DNA from: Balanoglossus misakiensis
Lineage: Eukaryota; Animalia; Hemichordata
Reading direction: 5' to 3'
DNA length: 64,000 nt
Assembly (NCBI GenBank): GCA_040954595.2
Contig: CM082587.2
Span: forward strand, 9,119,403-9,183,402
The position numbers and the translations under genes were made by a program. This document shows, in pieces, positions 1 through 11,575 of the stretch. The notes beneath the pieces are model-generated. The model was not told where the DNA came from, did not search any database, and was given only the letters and a program-made list of their open reading frames with translations. Within the stretch, counting starts at the first letter, position 1, and every line of letters begins with the position of its first letter.

Positions 1-217
1 ATTATGTGTATGAAGAGTCCATCACAAGATGCAGATGTGTTCAAAGCTTTTTCACGAATTGCACACAATGAAATCTTTTAGGGAAATAATAGTATGTTCT
101 TTTATATATGGTAATATGTACATGGAGGGTCCCAGCACACAATAGCAACATTAAAGCAATCTTGATAACATATCCACATCAATGCCCAAGTGTTGAGTGC
201 AATGTTGCCAACAGATA

Positions 218-1228
218 GAAAGTCTCTCTCTCGCTGCCCTTTTTCCATTAATTATGTTTGATACAAGACAACGTCTATGTTTTTCTATATGGGAATATTT
301 AAATAATAACACATGATAGCGAGGGCAATATCACGATTTGAAGCCTGCACGAGTGATGGTGATCTCTGACTATAATATTGATGATGCCCGAGCCGCAGGC
401 GAGGGTATCATCAATATTGTGGTCAGAGATCACCTGCCCGAGGGCAGGCTTCAAATCGTGATGTTGCCCGAGCATAATGTGTTATTAATTTTATTACGCC
501 GAACATTTGAACGTACATACACTGCAGCATGTAGCATGTAGACTCGCGTCCATATGTCGTACGTTGCTGAGGATGTAAAATGTCTCGACCTCCCAAGAAT
601 TATACGATACCTACTTAGAACTTAGATTATTTTGAAAATACTGCGCTGTTGGTTGCGATTTTGGTGTATTTACTGCCCGTTTGCAGTAAAATATCATCCA
701 GTTGAACAGATGTTAAGCCTGTGTGTCGCTTTGAAGCCATATAGATGCGGGAGTTGACTGATCGTGAAGGAAGCCATTGAACGACAGTTTGGAACGCGCA
801 GAAGTCGCGCGCAGAACACCAAAACAACCCAGCGGGCAATATCAGCGCACGCGACAGGGCTTTATCAACTCTTGCCATGTTATATCACTTTTTTTTCTAT
901 ATCACGTGAGCGCGTCTCAGCCAATCACGAAAACGGTATAATACGTGAGGTGTAATAAACATGTATAGTGAATCAACGTTCGACTACACACAACTTCCAT
1001 CCCACTAGTAGACACGAGAGTGAAAAACTTGACAAACTAAATAATTGGTGTCTACCGTTTATTCATTTTGGCGAGATTTTTACTCACATATCCTACAAAT
1101 GGGATGGAAGTTGCGTGTGGTCGAACGTTGATTCACTATATATCCACATATAGAATAACATGGACGTTGTTATTCACAAACATAATTAATGGAAAAGGGG
1201 CAGCATGAGAAAGACTTTGTCCCTTTAA
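218..1228. mobile_element. Kolobok-like foldback MITE, family A (interrupted by the hairpin cassette 297-958)
   Basis: Family A arm aaagtctctctctcgctgccc... on the left and ...gactttgtccct|TTAA on the right; the family has ~10 copies in the window. Confidence 0.8.
297..958 (+). mobile_element. Non-autonomous hairpin cassette (Crypton-like)
   Basis: ATTTAA head, ~180-bp hairpin 305-486, box TTATTACGCC at 491-500, inverted box GGTGTAATAA at 949-958; splits a family-A MITE. Confidence 0.7.
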
Positions 1229-1477
1229 AGGTAAATGTTTACTAGTATATGCATTTATGATTTGATGAATCAGTGCCTGCTCCCATATTCAACAAAATAA
1301 TGGTTTTCCCTTTTTCAATGCTAATTTTGAGTGAGGAAGATGTAAAAATAATACCAGATTTTATGTTCTCATACAGCATGTCTCTTCAAGGCTGTGTGTC
1401 ATGCAGCATACTCTTCTAAGAAAATCAATTTTTTTTTACAAATTGTAGTTCTTGTTTTAAATTTTGTACTTTCACAG

Positions 1478-1658
1478 GCTGTGGAATTGGATCGAAGTGA
1501 TGTAACTGTTTGGTATCATATGGGAAAAATTGCATTAGAATTATGTCAATTATCACTGGCCAGATTAGCATTTGAAGAAGCTCTTACCTGTAACCCTAAT
1601 CACTGGCCATCCATGGATATTTTATGTACAGTACTATATGCATTAAATGACTACTATG
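1478..1658 (+). CDS. CABIN1: CABIN1 exon (TPR region)
   Basis: cag|GCT...G|gtaagt; [60 protein letters not shown]. Confidence 0.95.
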
Positions 1659-1777
1659 GTAAGTATTTCATGAAGTTGGTAGCTCATGTTATCATCATGT
1701 TCAGCTGGACATGCAGTGTTACCCGAAAGAATTTCTGATGCAGTATGAACTAATTTACGTAACACTGCAAATATAAA

Positions 1778-1901
1778 AGGGTGATGATCGTCTTATGCGC
1801 ATGTGCCAAACCAGAATCTCTGGTTACAAAAATTGTATATAGTCAATGCCATATGGCACTGTGCTGTCCTAACAACAGGCAAGATGGCGGCGACCATAGT
1901 C
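1778..1901 (+). mobile_element. Kolobok-like MITE family C, partial
   Basis: Matches the left part of the 12473-12789 element (tcttatgcgcatgtgccaaaccag...aagatggcggcgaccatagtc). Confidence 0.7.
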
Positions 1902-1905
1902 TTAA

Positions 1906-1997
1906 CCCTTTCACCTCCATGGTTCAGTCCAAAACCTTTGTTTTCAATGGTAAGGTTGGACATCTTAAAAGGAAACTGGGGGCGAAACTTGAAAGGG
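1906..1997. mobile_element. piggyBac-like mini-MITE
   Basis: TTAA|CCCTTTC...GAAAGGG|TTAA; second copy at 19246-19641. Confidence 0.75.
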
Positions 1998-2102
1998 TTA
2001 AGTTCTGCTTCACTATGTTCTCACTCCATTACATGTCACCTTAAAACTTTTTTGGCATACAAGTTGACCATTTTATTTTATGTCTCCAAATTCTCTAAAT
2101 AG

Positions 2103-2156
2103 GTTGCATGTATCTAATTTCGAAGACTTTAACAAGAGATGGATCTTATACTAAAG
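2103..2156 (+). CDS. CABIN1: CABIN1 exon
   Basis: tag|...|gtaa; GCMYLISKTLTRDGSYTKG. Confidence 0.9.
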
Positions 2157-2290
2157 GTAATGATATCAATGATGATATTCTGTGAGTTTAAATTAAAAAT
2201 CATGTGTAACATTAAGGACACAATGTGGAGAAATTATAGAGTAATCAGATTAATGGATGTTGAAATTAGGATAACAAAGACACAAAGATA

Positions 2291-2502
2291 TACTGTAAAA
2301 CACTTTATTTTCGCGAGCAATAAATTTTTGCGAAATCTGCGAGAGCCAAAATAGTGTGAAAATAAAAAGTCGTGTAAATTTTTTTTGAAGAAAACGATGC
2401 AGTGAATGAAATAAGAGAACGCGAAAATTAATACTCACAAAAAAGTGGCCTCTCTCGAAATCGCGAAAATTTAAACTTGCAAAAATAAAGTGTTTTTTAG
2501 TA
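2291..2502. mobile_element. Tc1/mariner(pogo/Tc2)-like MITE family D
   Basis: TA|CTGTAAAAcactttattttcgc...aaaataaagtgttttttAG|TA; related copies at 3941 and 8164. Confidence 0.7.
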
Positions 2503-2572
2503 GTTGACCATATTTGCATCTGAAACCGAGTTCTATTGTTTCAATCTCTGTTGTATTCATCTTCCATTTCAG

Positions 2573-2648
2573 GACTTGTCCTCAGAGATAAAATGTACCA
2601 GGAACAGCCAACTTTGAAGCGAGAATGTGAAATTTTATTTCAGACACA
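2573..2648 (+). CDS. CABIN1: CABIN1 exon
   Basis: cag|...|gtaag; GLVLRDKMYQEQPTLKRECEILFQT. Confidence 0.9.
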
Positions 2649-3088
2649 GTAAGTTTGACAAGAAAATATGTTCTTTTGTGGGACCTACATGTACTAGCTT
2701 TGAGTCTATTGAAGTGGTGAATAAACTTGTGTTTGTTTTTTTCATAAAGCCAAAAGTAGGACATGTAGATTTCAGTAAACATACAAACAGAATAATTAGT
2801 ATCTAAAAAAGTTTGCGGTGTGGATAGTTTATTTGAAAAAAAAAAGATTTACAATGTAATTCTTGGGACCCCTCCTGTCCATGTGTCTGCCAATCTGAAG
2901 CTATCACTCAAACATGCCTGAATTGATGTCGATGCATTCCAACTTCTTAGACAATTCATAATGTAAAAAAATGGAATTGGGTAAAATGTATCACATAAAG
3001 TGCAGCCACCTTAAAGTGCTAATGACAGTAAATGTTTAGATCTGTTTGATAATTTTGTCACTGTTTTGTCAATATCTTCTTCCTGTAG

Positions 3089-3137
3089 TAGTTTCTTCAA
3101 CGTTGATCAGACATTCAAGAAAGAAGAGGCAGACAAG
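3089..3137 (+). CDS. CABIN1: CABIN1 exon
   Basis: tag|...AAG|gta; SFFNVDQTFKKEEADK; phases fit both neighbours; tandem TAGTAG acceptor. Confidence 0.8.
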
Positions 3138-3427
3138 GTATAGATTGATTTTGATTGCTACCGGTACTTCCATTGTAGTTGATTAACCCCAGAGCTGATT
3201 TTGATCTCAATCCTTTGTCTTCTGTTTTATGGCAGCATGCCATATTGTAAAGTTTATGAAAAGCTTTGTTATGTACTATCAATGTGTAGAGCTACTGTCG
3301 TGTGATCTAGCTGCATTATGCACAATGCTGTTCACATTACAAACAATCCTTTTTAGATTTGTCTTGCAGTTGGAATCAGTGCCTGACTCTAGGGCTGGCA
3401 TAATAAATAATTTGTATGGTCTTTCCT

Positions 3428-3603
3428 TAGACTCTCTCACAGCCCCTCTCGCCGTACATGCAGGCTTTAATATGGTCTGATTGCATGTGTGACCGGCGAG
3501 AAGGTTCGTTACACAACACCATATGGGGCTTCTCCTTTGCTAAACGGTTGAGGGTGCATCAGTGAAAAGGCTTGTAGCGAACCGTGGGCTGTGAGAGAGT
3601 CTA
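3428..3603. mobile_element. AcademH-like non-autonomous element
   Basis: 18-bp TIR TAGACTCTCTCACAGCCC; 10-bp direct repeat GGTCTTTCCT at 3418-3427 and 3604-3613. Confidence 0.75.
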
Positions 3604-3752
3604 GGTCTTTCCTGTGCCCCTAATCAACAGCTGGAGCTCAAACTGAGACAAAATACATATACGGAGATGTATTGTATGGTAGACTGCCATAGGTTACAAG
3701 AGTAGGAATATAACAAAGTAATGGTATTTGTTTTGTGTTTTTGATGATGCAG

Positions 3753-3853
3753 ATTATCAATGAAGCAATGGAGATCAGAAGGAAAAGAAGAGCACTGACA
3801 AAACCAGCAGAAGTTCCTGTGATTAAATTACCAAAACCCTTGACATCACTGAC
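3753..3853 (+). CDS. CABIN1: CABIN1 exon
   Basis: cag|...|gtaagt; IINEAMEIRRKRRALTKPAEVPVIKLPKPLTSLT. Confidence 0.9.
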
Positions 3854-3940
3854 GTAAGTCTACATTCCTAAAAGCATGGAAATTAATGTGAAAACCTTGA
3901 CTTAACACTTGCACATGGATTTGTGCATAGACAAATTAAG

Positions 3941-4151
3941 AACTGTAAAACGGGTTATTTTCGCGACAGGAAAATTTTCGCGATATCAAAAGAGGCAACT
4001 GTTACGCTTGGATTAATGTTCGTGTTCTCTTATTTCATTTACTGCATTGTTATCTCTGAAAAATTATGCGACTTTTTCTTTTTCATATCTTTTTGGCTCT
4101 CGCGTATTTCGCGAAAATTTATAACTCGCGAAAATAACCCGTTTTACAGTA
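3941..4151. mobile_element. Tc1/mariner-like MITE family D
   Basis: CTGTAAAACGGGTTATTTTCGCGA...TCGCGAAAATAACCCGTTTTACAG TIR. Confidence 0.75.
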
Positions 4152-4655
4152 TTACCGAGACATTAATTTGGTCGCTTCCTAGCCAGCACCCGTACAAATA
4201 AATGTTAACATCAGACAAGTCCTTTCCCTCATCATAATTAATGCCATCATTTTCTTTGAAGTCAAAATGTACAAAAATGTGCCATCTGAAAATCCTACAA
4301 AACTACTATTCGAGGGTGTAGCAACAACTCATGATTAAGGCTACACCAATCACATTATCTGAATTTGTCATGTGTTTCTGCTTAGTACACCAATCACATT
4401 GCCTGGATTTATCATTCATTACTACTAGGCCAATTAATATTTTTGAATATGTCAAAGACCATAGCATGTACATGTATACAGCTGCAGTTTAATGCGGAAG
4501 TACTATCATAAAATGTATTTATGTAATCAGCATAAAATGAATGTATCATTGTGAGTATAGGGTGCAGTCATATTTAATATTGGATACTGTCAATCCTTGT
4601 GCAATAAATACCAACAGTAAATATTTTAACTTTTTTTTGCGATTTTCAACAAAAG

Positions 4656-4722
4656 CTGGAAATGTTTAGGAGAAAGTCTGCTATCTGTGTATGAACTTGT
4701 TGACCGGAAGAAACCTGATTTG
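4656..4722 (+). CDS. CABIN1: CABIN1 exon
   Basis: aag|...|gtacgt; WKCLGESLLSVYELVDRKKPDL. Confidence 0.9.
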
Positions 4723-4849
4723 GTACGTAGAACTGTAATTATATTATAACTGTTGAAATCACTGAAGTTTACAACTGCTCTATGAGAATATTTGACTCAG
4801 CTATGCTATTAAGAAAATGACACTGTTATGCCACAGAATCAATTGTTAA

Positions 4850-4986
4850 TATAATATAATAGCAATAATCCCCGCCACAGTTGAGTATACACTCATTTTG
4901 GGTACCATTCGCTCCATATAGGACTCGCCAATCGGTTTGTGCTATATGTTGGAATTGTTGCCTTAGGCAGTGGTTATTGCTTAAAT
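4850..4986 (-). mobile_element. Degraded hairpin-cassette head
   Basis: ATAATATAATAGCAATAA...GGTTATTGCTTAAAT; the start matches 63952-63970 and the reverse complement gives an ATTTAAGCAATAA head. Confidence 0.5.
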
Positions 4987-5356
4987 GTATGATTCTTTCG
5001 TGTTAAAAACTTTGCCAGTTCTTTTGGAAATTTGTTGTTTATTTTATGTTGGTGATTTTGTTTTCATTCATAAACACTGATTATTGAGAAAATCATCAGC
5101 TTTGAACTTTTGTAGGCACATTACTTGTTTTGCTGTGAGAACTGATGAATAACCTGCGGTGCCTTTAAAACTTGAGCAGTTATTTGGATTGGTTTACTTT
5201 TTATTTGCCATAATCAGCTGCCTATATGTACATTTCTATCAAAATTATTTTCATTATCCTCTACATTTGAAGTGTTACACGTGTAAACAGCTTCAAATCA
5301 AAATGTACATCATTGCAAAATAACCAGTAATATTCACTGCCACATGCCTCTTACAG

Positions 5357-5414
5357 AGCTTTGGTCATCAGGTACAGCTGACCTATCAGTTCCAGGATAT
5401 TCAGGTGGATCAAA
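5357..5414 (+). CDS. CABIN1: CABIN1 exon
   Basis: cag|...|gtaagt; SFGHQVQLTYQFQDIQVDQ; phase-compatible. Confidence 0.75.
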
Positions 5415-5462
5415 GTAAGTTACCCTTAGTCACTAATTCAAAACATTTATGGCCTGGCCTAT

Positions 5463-5545
5463 ATGGAGTACAATGTGTGCTTGAATCCATTATGGGTCTT
5501 TGGGGGCATACATTATTCTTATTATTTTATAGTTTTGTCAATGCC
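5463..5545 (+). repeat. Fragment of the 22035-22405 hairpin cassette family (right arm + box)
   Basis: ~80 bp near-identical to 22124-22203. Confidence 0.75.
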
Positions 5546-5610
5546 AGTGAATATAAGTACATGTAAAATCCATGGTAAATGATTGATTTGTGATTCTGTC
5601 TGTACTGTAG

Positions 5611-5829
5611 GCAAACACGAAGGTGACAGCAGTGTTCTGACTGATAACACATCTCCAAGTGATACTGGAATAGAGGCAGATATGACAATGGATACAGCTA
5701 CTTCTACAACATTAACATTAGCATCTAGTAGTGCCACTATAACTACCACTAGTACAACTGTTGTTACCACGACAACTACACCAAGTGATGCCCAACATCC
5801 AGACAATTATTCAGTTAAACAGAAAGAAG
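5611..5829 (+). CDS. CABIN1: CABIN1 exon (Thr/Ser-rich linker)
   Basis: tag|...G|gtatgt; KHEGDSSVLTD...TTTTTPSDAQHPDNYSVKQKE; phase-compatible. Confidence 0.75.
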
Positions 5830-5879
5830 GTATGTGTACTATGAAACTGTTCTGTAAACTACAAGTAAATAGTAGAACT

Positions 5880-8031
5880 TTAAAGGGACAAAGTATCTCT
5901 CTTTTACATTAAGGTGGCACTGCATGAAAACTAGTGATTTTTGCCAAATTTTACTTTTTTACATAAATCGGTAGGTCTAGTACTGACCCACATTCTGACA
6001 AATGCGTCTTGGTGGAAATGGTACATCATCACCCAAAAATAGCACTTTTTTGAATGAGTCCGCAGCTGCACGCGTTCTTGTTTACCTACAGACGATAAAG
6101 CACCGTAATTTACGTTAAACAGTTTCACACCGAAGTCATGATTGACATGGATTATGCAAAATAGTTGCTAAAAGGCAGAGGTCAAATAAAGATCATTAAC
6201 AATACAAATAGGTCTCAGCTGCATATCTTCATTACAAACATTACAAAGATCACAGTGCAAAGATGGACATCCAACTGCGTTCCCGTCGCAGAAAACGTAG
6301 GCGAGGATTAAAAAAACAGAATTTCAAAAGATGGATCGCGAGCGACCTTGAACGTGTCCAAGCGCTAGCCAGCAAGCAAACTGGTTCTGACACAGAGTCC
6401 GACGCATTGGATGTGGATGGCAGTTACGATTCGGACGACCACTTCGAAGGAGGGGATTTGCCTTCACAGCCGGGTACGAGCCGATGTCTTGTCACCCTTC
6501 ACAGAAAGAAGCCACCCATCACAAAAGTTGTTTATTGTATGTGTGAAACGGGAAACGATGCGCGTGCATCTGCCCAGTTGGCACGGTGCTACACCCCATA
6601 TAATTGTTGAAAACGTGTTGAAGTAGTTTATGTTGCTGTTTCCTATTTTTCTATGGACTTTGTGACTGCAGTGCACTGCTCGTTTTCCGTTTTATTGGCC
6701 TGGAAAATCACTGCGTTGCTACTGCACTGCACTAGCTATAAGCGATCTTCGATTTGTTGTGGAGATAGAACCCGTTTCATCCAAATAGCACTACTCTGTT
6801 GTCTCGAATACTGTTATCGCTTTCAAAACAATGATTATTTATTCTTTCCTTGCCGATAAACAGTTTGTTTGATGAGAGTGTCCAAGCTTCGGACTAATCT
6901 CTTGCCGTTGCCTTGTAAACACAATCCCGATGTAATGACCCGCCCATGTTTGCAGAGGAAATAGATTATGTCACATAGCGGGAGTGCCTGGGCGCGGTTA
7001 CCTCAGAATCGGCGAAGTTTTTCAGCTTAATTTCCGTCGTTGGATTTGATTTCATGTCCGATGCACATTCAAGTTATTTAATTACCCCTTGTCGATATAT
7101 TTGTGTGTGTTTTTTTTTTTTTACGTCGATACTTTCGAGGCAGGAGAAGAAATAAGTGTCAACAATGCAAATTGCCGTTTTTCTCGGTTTGCATTTTCGC
7201 TGCTTTTGACAACTTCGGACTAAAATAGCTTCGCCCTGCGTTGGCCGAATTTGCTCAAATTTTGACAGGAAATTGTGTATGACCCATCCAACAAAACGAT
7301 AGTTTTGTTTGTCGATAAAGTGTCCCTGGCGGGAATAAACTCTGATTCAATACAACTCACCGTGAATTTGATCAAATTTTCTGAAAATCTAACTTTCAAA
7401 CGCTGTTACTCCTCAATGGAAGCAGATAACGCAAAACAAAATTAGCGTTTTTTTGCACGTGTACTCTAGTTTCGAATGACATATTAAGATGCATGATGCA
7501 TGGTCAACTTTTTTACCTATTTTAAATTTCATGACATAATATCAAAAAATGGGTTTTTTCACCCAAAATCGCCACCATTTCCGGGGATCAATAATATTTG
7601 CAACTCAAACAAAAGTTCAAAATCTCAGCTTCCAGAATATATATGGTTTATGGGGGTTTTAACGTTGTCTTTGATGAGAAATAGGCCTCTGAAAAAGTCT
7701 CGACGGTTTCATGCAGTGCCACCTTAATTATGTTTGATACAAGACACCATTAATGTTAATGTACATGTGGATATACAGTGAATCAACATTCGACCACCCA
7801 CAACTTCTATCCCACTTGTAGACACGAGAGTGAAAAACTCGCCAAAATGAATAATCGGTGTTTACCATTTATTCATTTTGGCGATATTTTTTACTCTCAC
7901 GATCATATCCTACAAACAGGATGGAAGTTGTGTGTGGTTGAACGTTGATTCACTATATATCCACATGTAGAATAACATACATGGTGTCTTGTCTCAAACA
8001 TAATTCATGGAAAAATGGCATCGAGAGAGAG
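5880..8031. mobile_element. Family A MITE interrupted by a 1.8-kb TTAA element
   Basis: TTAAAGGGACAAAG head; family A body resumes at 7728. Confidence 0.8.
5913..7723. mobile_element. Kolobok-like non-autonomous DNA transposon
   Basis: Perfect 17-bp TIR GGTGGCACTGCATGAAA, TTAA on both sides, RR..YY termini; only short internal ORFs. Confidence 0.85.
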
Positions 8032-8163
8032 GCACCAACCTGCACCGAAACTGTCGTTGACTGAGAGACAACAATTGTTCTCACACACTAACTTTACAAC
8101 AAAACATGTCACATGATCACTGTGTAAATACACCTATACCATACTTTTAGAAAATACAATGTA

Positions 8164-8416
8164 TACTGTAAAATGGGTTGTTTTCGCGAGGAATAAAATA
8201 CAATGTATACTGTAAAATGGGTTGTTTTCGCGAGCAATAAATTTTTGCGAAATGCGCGAGAGCCAAAACAACGTGAAAATAAAAAGTCGCGTAAAAATGT
8301 TTTTCGGAGATAACAGTTAGTGAAATACGGGAATGGGAAAATTAATCCTTGTGTAACAGTTGTCTCTTTTGATATCGCGAAAATTTCCTGTCGCGAAAAT
8401 AACCCGTTTTACAGTA
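8164..8416. mobile_element. Tc1/mariner-like MITE family D with duplicated left end
   Basis: TA|CTGTAAAATGGG...CCCGTTTTACAG|TA; 44-bp tandem duplication at 8151-8240. Confidence 0.75.
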
Positions 8417-8515
8417 TACCTTGGAGGGGGAGGGGGTTATGTCTTGACTGAAAATTCTGATTCTGGGTCTTTTTCGTACGTCAAATTCTTAAAGCCATTC
8501 AATTGATATTTCCAG

Positions 8516-8634
8516 AAGAATCCATGGAAGTTGATCTGGTTATTGGAGCAGAGAAATCCAAGCGGGGTCCAAAACGTAAACGAAGTACTGTTCCTAATGA
8601 GGATAATCCTGCAGCCAAAAGGAGATCACAGAGG
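8516..8634 (+). CDS. CABIN1: CABIN1 exon
   Basis: cag|...|gtgaga; ESMEVDLVIGAEKSKRGPKRKRSTVPNEDNPAAKRRSQR. Confidence 0.9.
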
Positions 8635-9416
8635 GTGAGATCATCATTACATAGACATATTTGTAGACAACTTTGGTTCTAATGATATACTGGGCATTCT
8701 TGATGTTGGCACAATCTTGGTATATTTATGCTAGTAATAGTAGTATGTAGACAGTCTTGACCAGGGCTATCCAGGCACAGGCAGTCTTTCTGTGTACAAT
8801 CATGATGTAGGCCACTTGACACTCAATCTGTGTCTTTAGTTTGTCTGCCCATGGACGTACATGTACTGTAAGAACCACAGTGACTGAAGAACTTGTAAAC
8901 GCTCAATGTTTTATCCTTTGTCTCCTCTGTCTTTTGGTGTTGGATGTGATTTATAATTTGGATGATTGTTCTTACACACCAACTTCACAACAACTTGAAC
9001 TATATTTCTATATTTCTTATACTGTATTAAAATAATTCAATGATAACTGAAAATAGTATGAAAATCACTTGAATTTAGCTTTCATCAAGTGATGAGCATA
9101 TTATGTCAAGCCCAAGGAAATAATTATTACATTCTTTATGATTAAAAAAAAATCTTAACTTTTATGGCACTGTTGGTTGGCTTTGAACAAATGTGACTTT
9201 GTGGGGTGTCAAAGGTCAAAGCATTCTTGATAATATTTTCACACTTTCAAACTTTCATTTTAGAGGAGAGAGGGAGGGGTGCTGAGATCCAATAAAGTTA
9301 GTGGCATTTGTCATACACATTTTCTAATGATCCACACACCTTTAGAAACAATGTCTCAAATAAGTGTTATAGTGTGCCAGTACATCCGTTGTCCATCATG
9401 ATCTCCACAATCTTAA

Positions 9417-11056
9417 AGGGACAAAGTCTCTTTTTTGAGTATTTTTTCGTGAATTTTGTTTTATATGAAAAGCTGTTCTTATTGTTTGACTACTTGAAAC
9501 ATGCTGAAATACTGGTGAACTGTACTCAATCTTTCCTATGCTTGTAGACAGACAAGACTGAACATTCAGTGATTGTAAACAATTTATGGTCTGTACCATT
9601 TATTCACTGATGAGTCAAATTTTGTCCATGTACTTGCACTGCATGGCCAGTGTTGAGAAACATGAAGACCACATGTGGGCAGGTATGTAAGAGTACTTCG
9701 AAGTGCATACTCCGAGTTCAAAGACTGAGTCGGACTTCTAAGTCCGAGTACTCGGACTTGTACACTCCGAGTAGTGGCTGTACTCGGACTTGTATACACC
9801 GAGTTGCACTCGGTGCTCGGACTTGCGTACTCCGAGTTACACACTGCCTATGAAAGACAACGGACGGCAAAAATCCTGTTTTCATTACTCAAGAAGTCAT
9901 TTATTGCTTACTACCACGATCGGTGTCCATGATGTCTTGTTGCGCCAGTTTTGAATAGGCATGCATGGGCTTTACATCCATAAAAACATTCACAGGGCTA
10001 GATCCATGCGGTCACGGAGTGACCACTCGTTCACACAGTCACTCCCGGGCATTCACTAAAGAGTAGCCCGTAACTGCACTCACACAACCGTGTTTCAAAA
10101 TAAAAAAATATTACGTTTATTTACACATAAAAACGAAGGGCAAGTATACCGATCACGGAACAATGCGGAAGCGAGTAGTCAGATTCATCGCGCGATCATC
10201 GGATGAGCGCAGTGCGACCTCGACCATATTTCAACCGATGACGTCAAAGGTCAGGTCATTCAAAAATGGCGATTGTCGCATCGCAGTATGCGTATTTCGT
10301 GTTCGTTAGCGTACTTTTCACTTAGCTACTAAAATTGACAAACCAATGAGCTCCTTATAAAATTCAGTGTAAAATCAGACTTGGATATGATCTAGTAGAT
10401 AGGAAAGGTCAGTATTTAACCAAACGGAAATTACGCGAAGCGTGCATTTTGTACATGATACAATGCAGCATGTCGAAAGATTGAAAGAAAGTTGAATGTT
10501 GCGATACTTTCAATTCAAAACCCCTCGATCGATTTGACTGGAAGCTCAGTATAAAGTATTCCCACATTTGTATCGCAATATCGAATATTATTTTTGCTTT
10601 TAAAAGCTGGCTTTTATTCAACTGTAACTTGGAGTACGCAAGTCCGAGCACCGAGTGCAACTCGGTGTTTACAAGTCCGAGTACAGCCACTGCTCGGAGT
10701 GTACAAGTCCGAGTACTCGGACTTTGAAGTCCGACTCGGTCTTTGAACTCGGAGTATGCACTTCGAAGTACTCTTACATACCTCATGTGGGCCATTGTAA
10801 CGAGATATAGTTAAAGAAAACAGCTTTTACATTCTCTGTAGCAATGTTTTTATCCTTTGGGAAACAGTGTTCATTGAAGTAGGCATTTGGTCTAGAGGTT
10901 ACGAACAAAATTATTTCTTAACATACAGCAAGGGGGTAAATATTTTACTCTTTTTAAGTCATGAAACGCCATTTATTTTGTACACTGAGAGACTTTAGGC
11001 AAGCATTACTTGTATTCGTGATATCACAAAAGGTCAAAAAGAGAGACTTTGTCCCT
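9417..11056. mobile_element. Kolobok-like element family B (shares termini with family A), interrupted
   Basis: TTAA|AGGGACAAAGTCTCT...AGAGACTTTGTCCCT|TTAA; degraded partial copy at ~20900-21143. Confidence 0.8.
9681..10783. mobile_element. Mutator(MULE)-like non-autonomous element
   Basis: ~160-bp near-perfect TIRs (AGGTATGTAAGAGTACTTCG...); 9-bp TSD CATGTGGGC at 9672-9680 and 10784-10792. Confidence 0.85.
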
Positions 11057-11060
11057 TTAA

Positions 11061-11575
11061 AGGCCCATAAGCTGCAACTGGATAAAAAAATAGGCTTTAA
11101 ATAATTTCAGATATGCTTTTAATTCTTTCTGTTAAATGATATTGCCTGATAGTATTTCAAGATAACACATATTTAAGACAAAATGGCCCAAACATTAACG
11201 AAATGTCAGTACAGTCGAAAATTCCCGCAGTTTTTTAAAAAAGTGAAATTTTGCAAGGAAAAATGAAAATGTAATGTCTCATTGGAGTACATCTAGTTCC
11301 ATGAGTTCCAGTGGACGAGATTATGCTTTGTTCATGAAGTTTCAAAGTTGGAAATGCAGCATTTCCAATGTATTTTGCGTTTTCCCATGTTGGCAGCCAT
11401 ATCCCTTTGCGGCAAAGCTTTATTATTTAACTGGTTAAAACTTCCATATGCAATCATACAATAAGGTTTATATTACTTGTATATACGTCAGTGTATAACT
11501 CTTTATGGGCTAATGGTAGTACAGTTCGAAAAAATAATTATGATAATTATCCCAAAAGTTGCAGCTCATGTGCCT
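11061..11575. mobile_element. Kolobok-like MITE
   Basis: TTAA|AGGCCCATAAGCTGCAACT...AGTTGCAGCTCATGTGCCT|TTAA; shares the TTAA at 11057-11060 with the family B element. Confidence 0.8.

Noticed and set aside
3086-3091. NAGNAG tandem acceptors (also 26827-26832)
   Set aside because: Common feature with a single-residue effect; no usage evidence.
9584-10795. ORFs on opposite strands with similar peptides
   Set aside because: Mirror translations of the long TIRs; no transposase.
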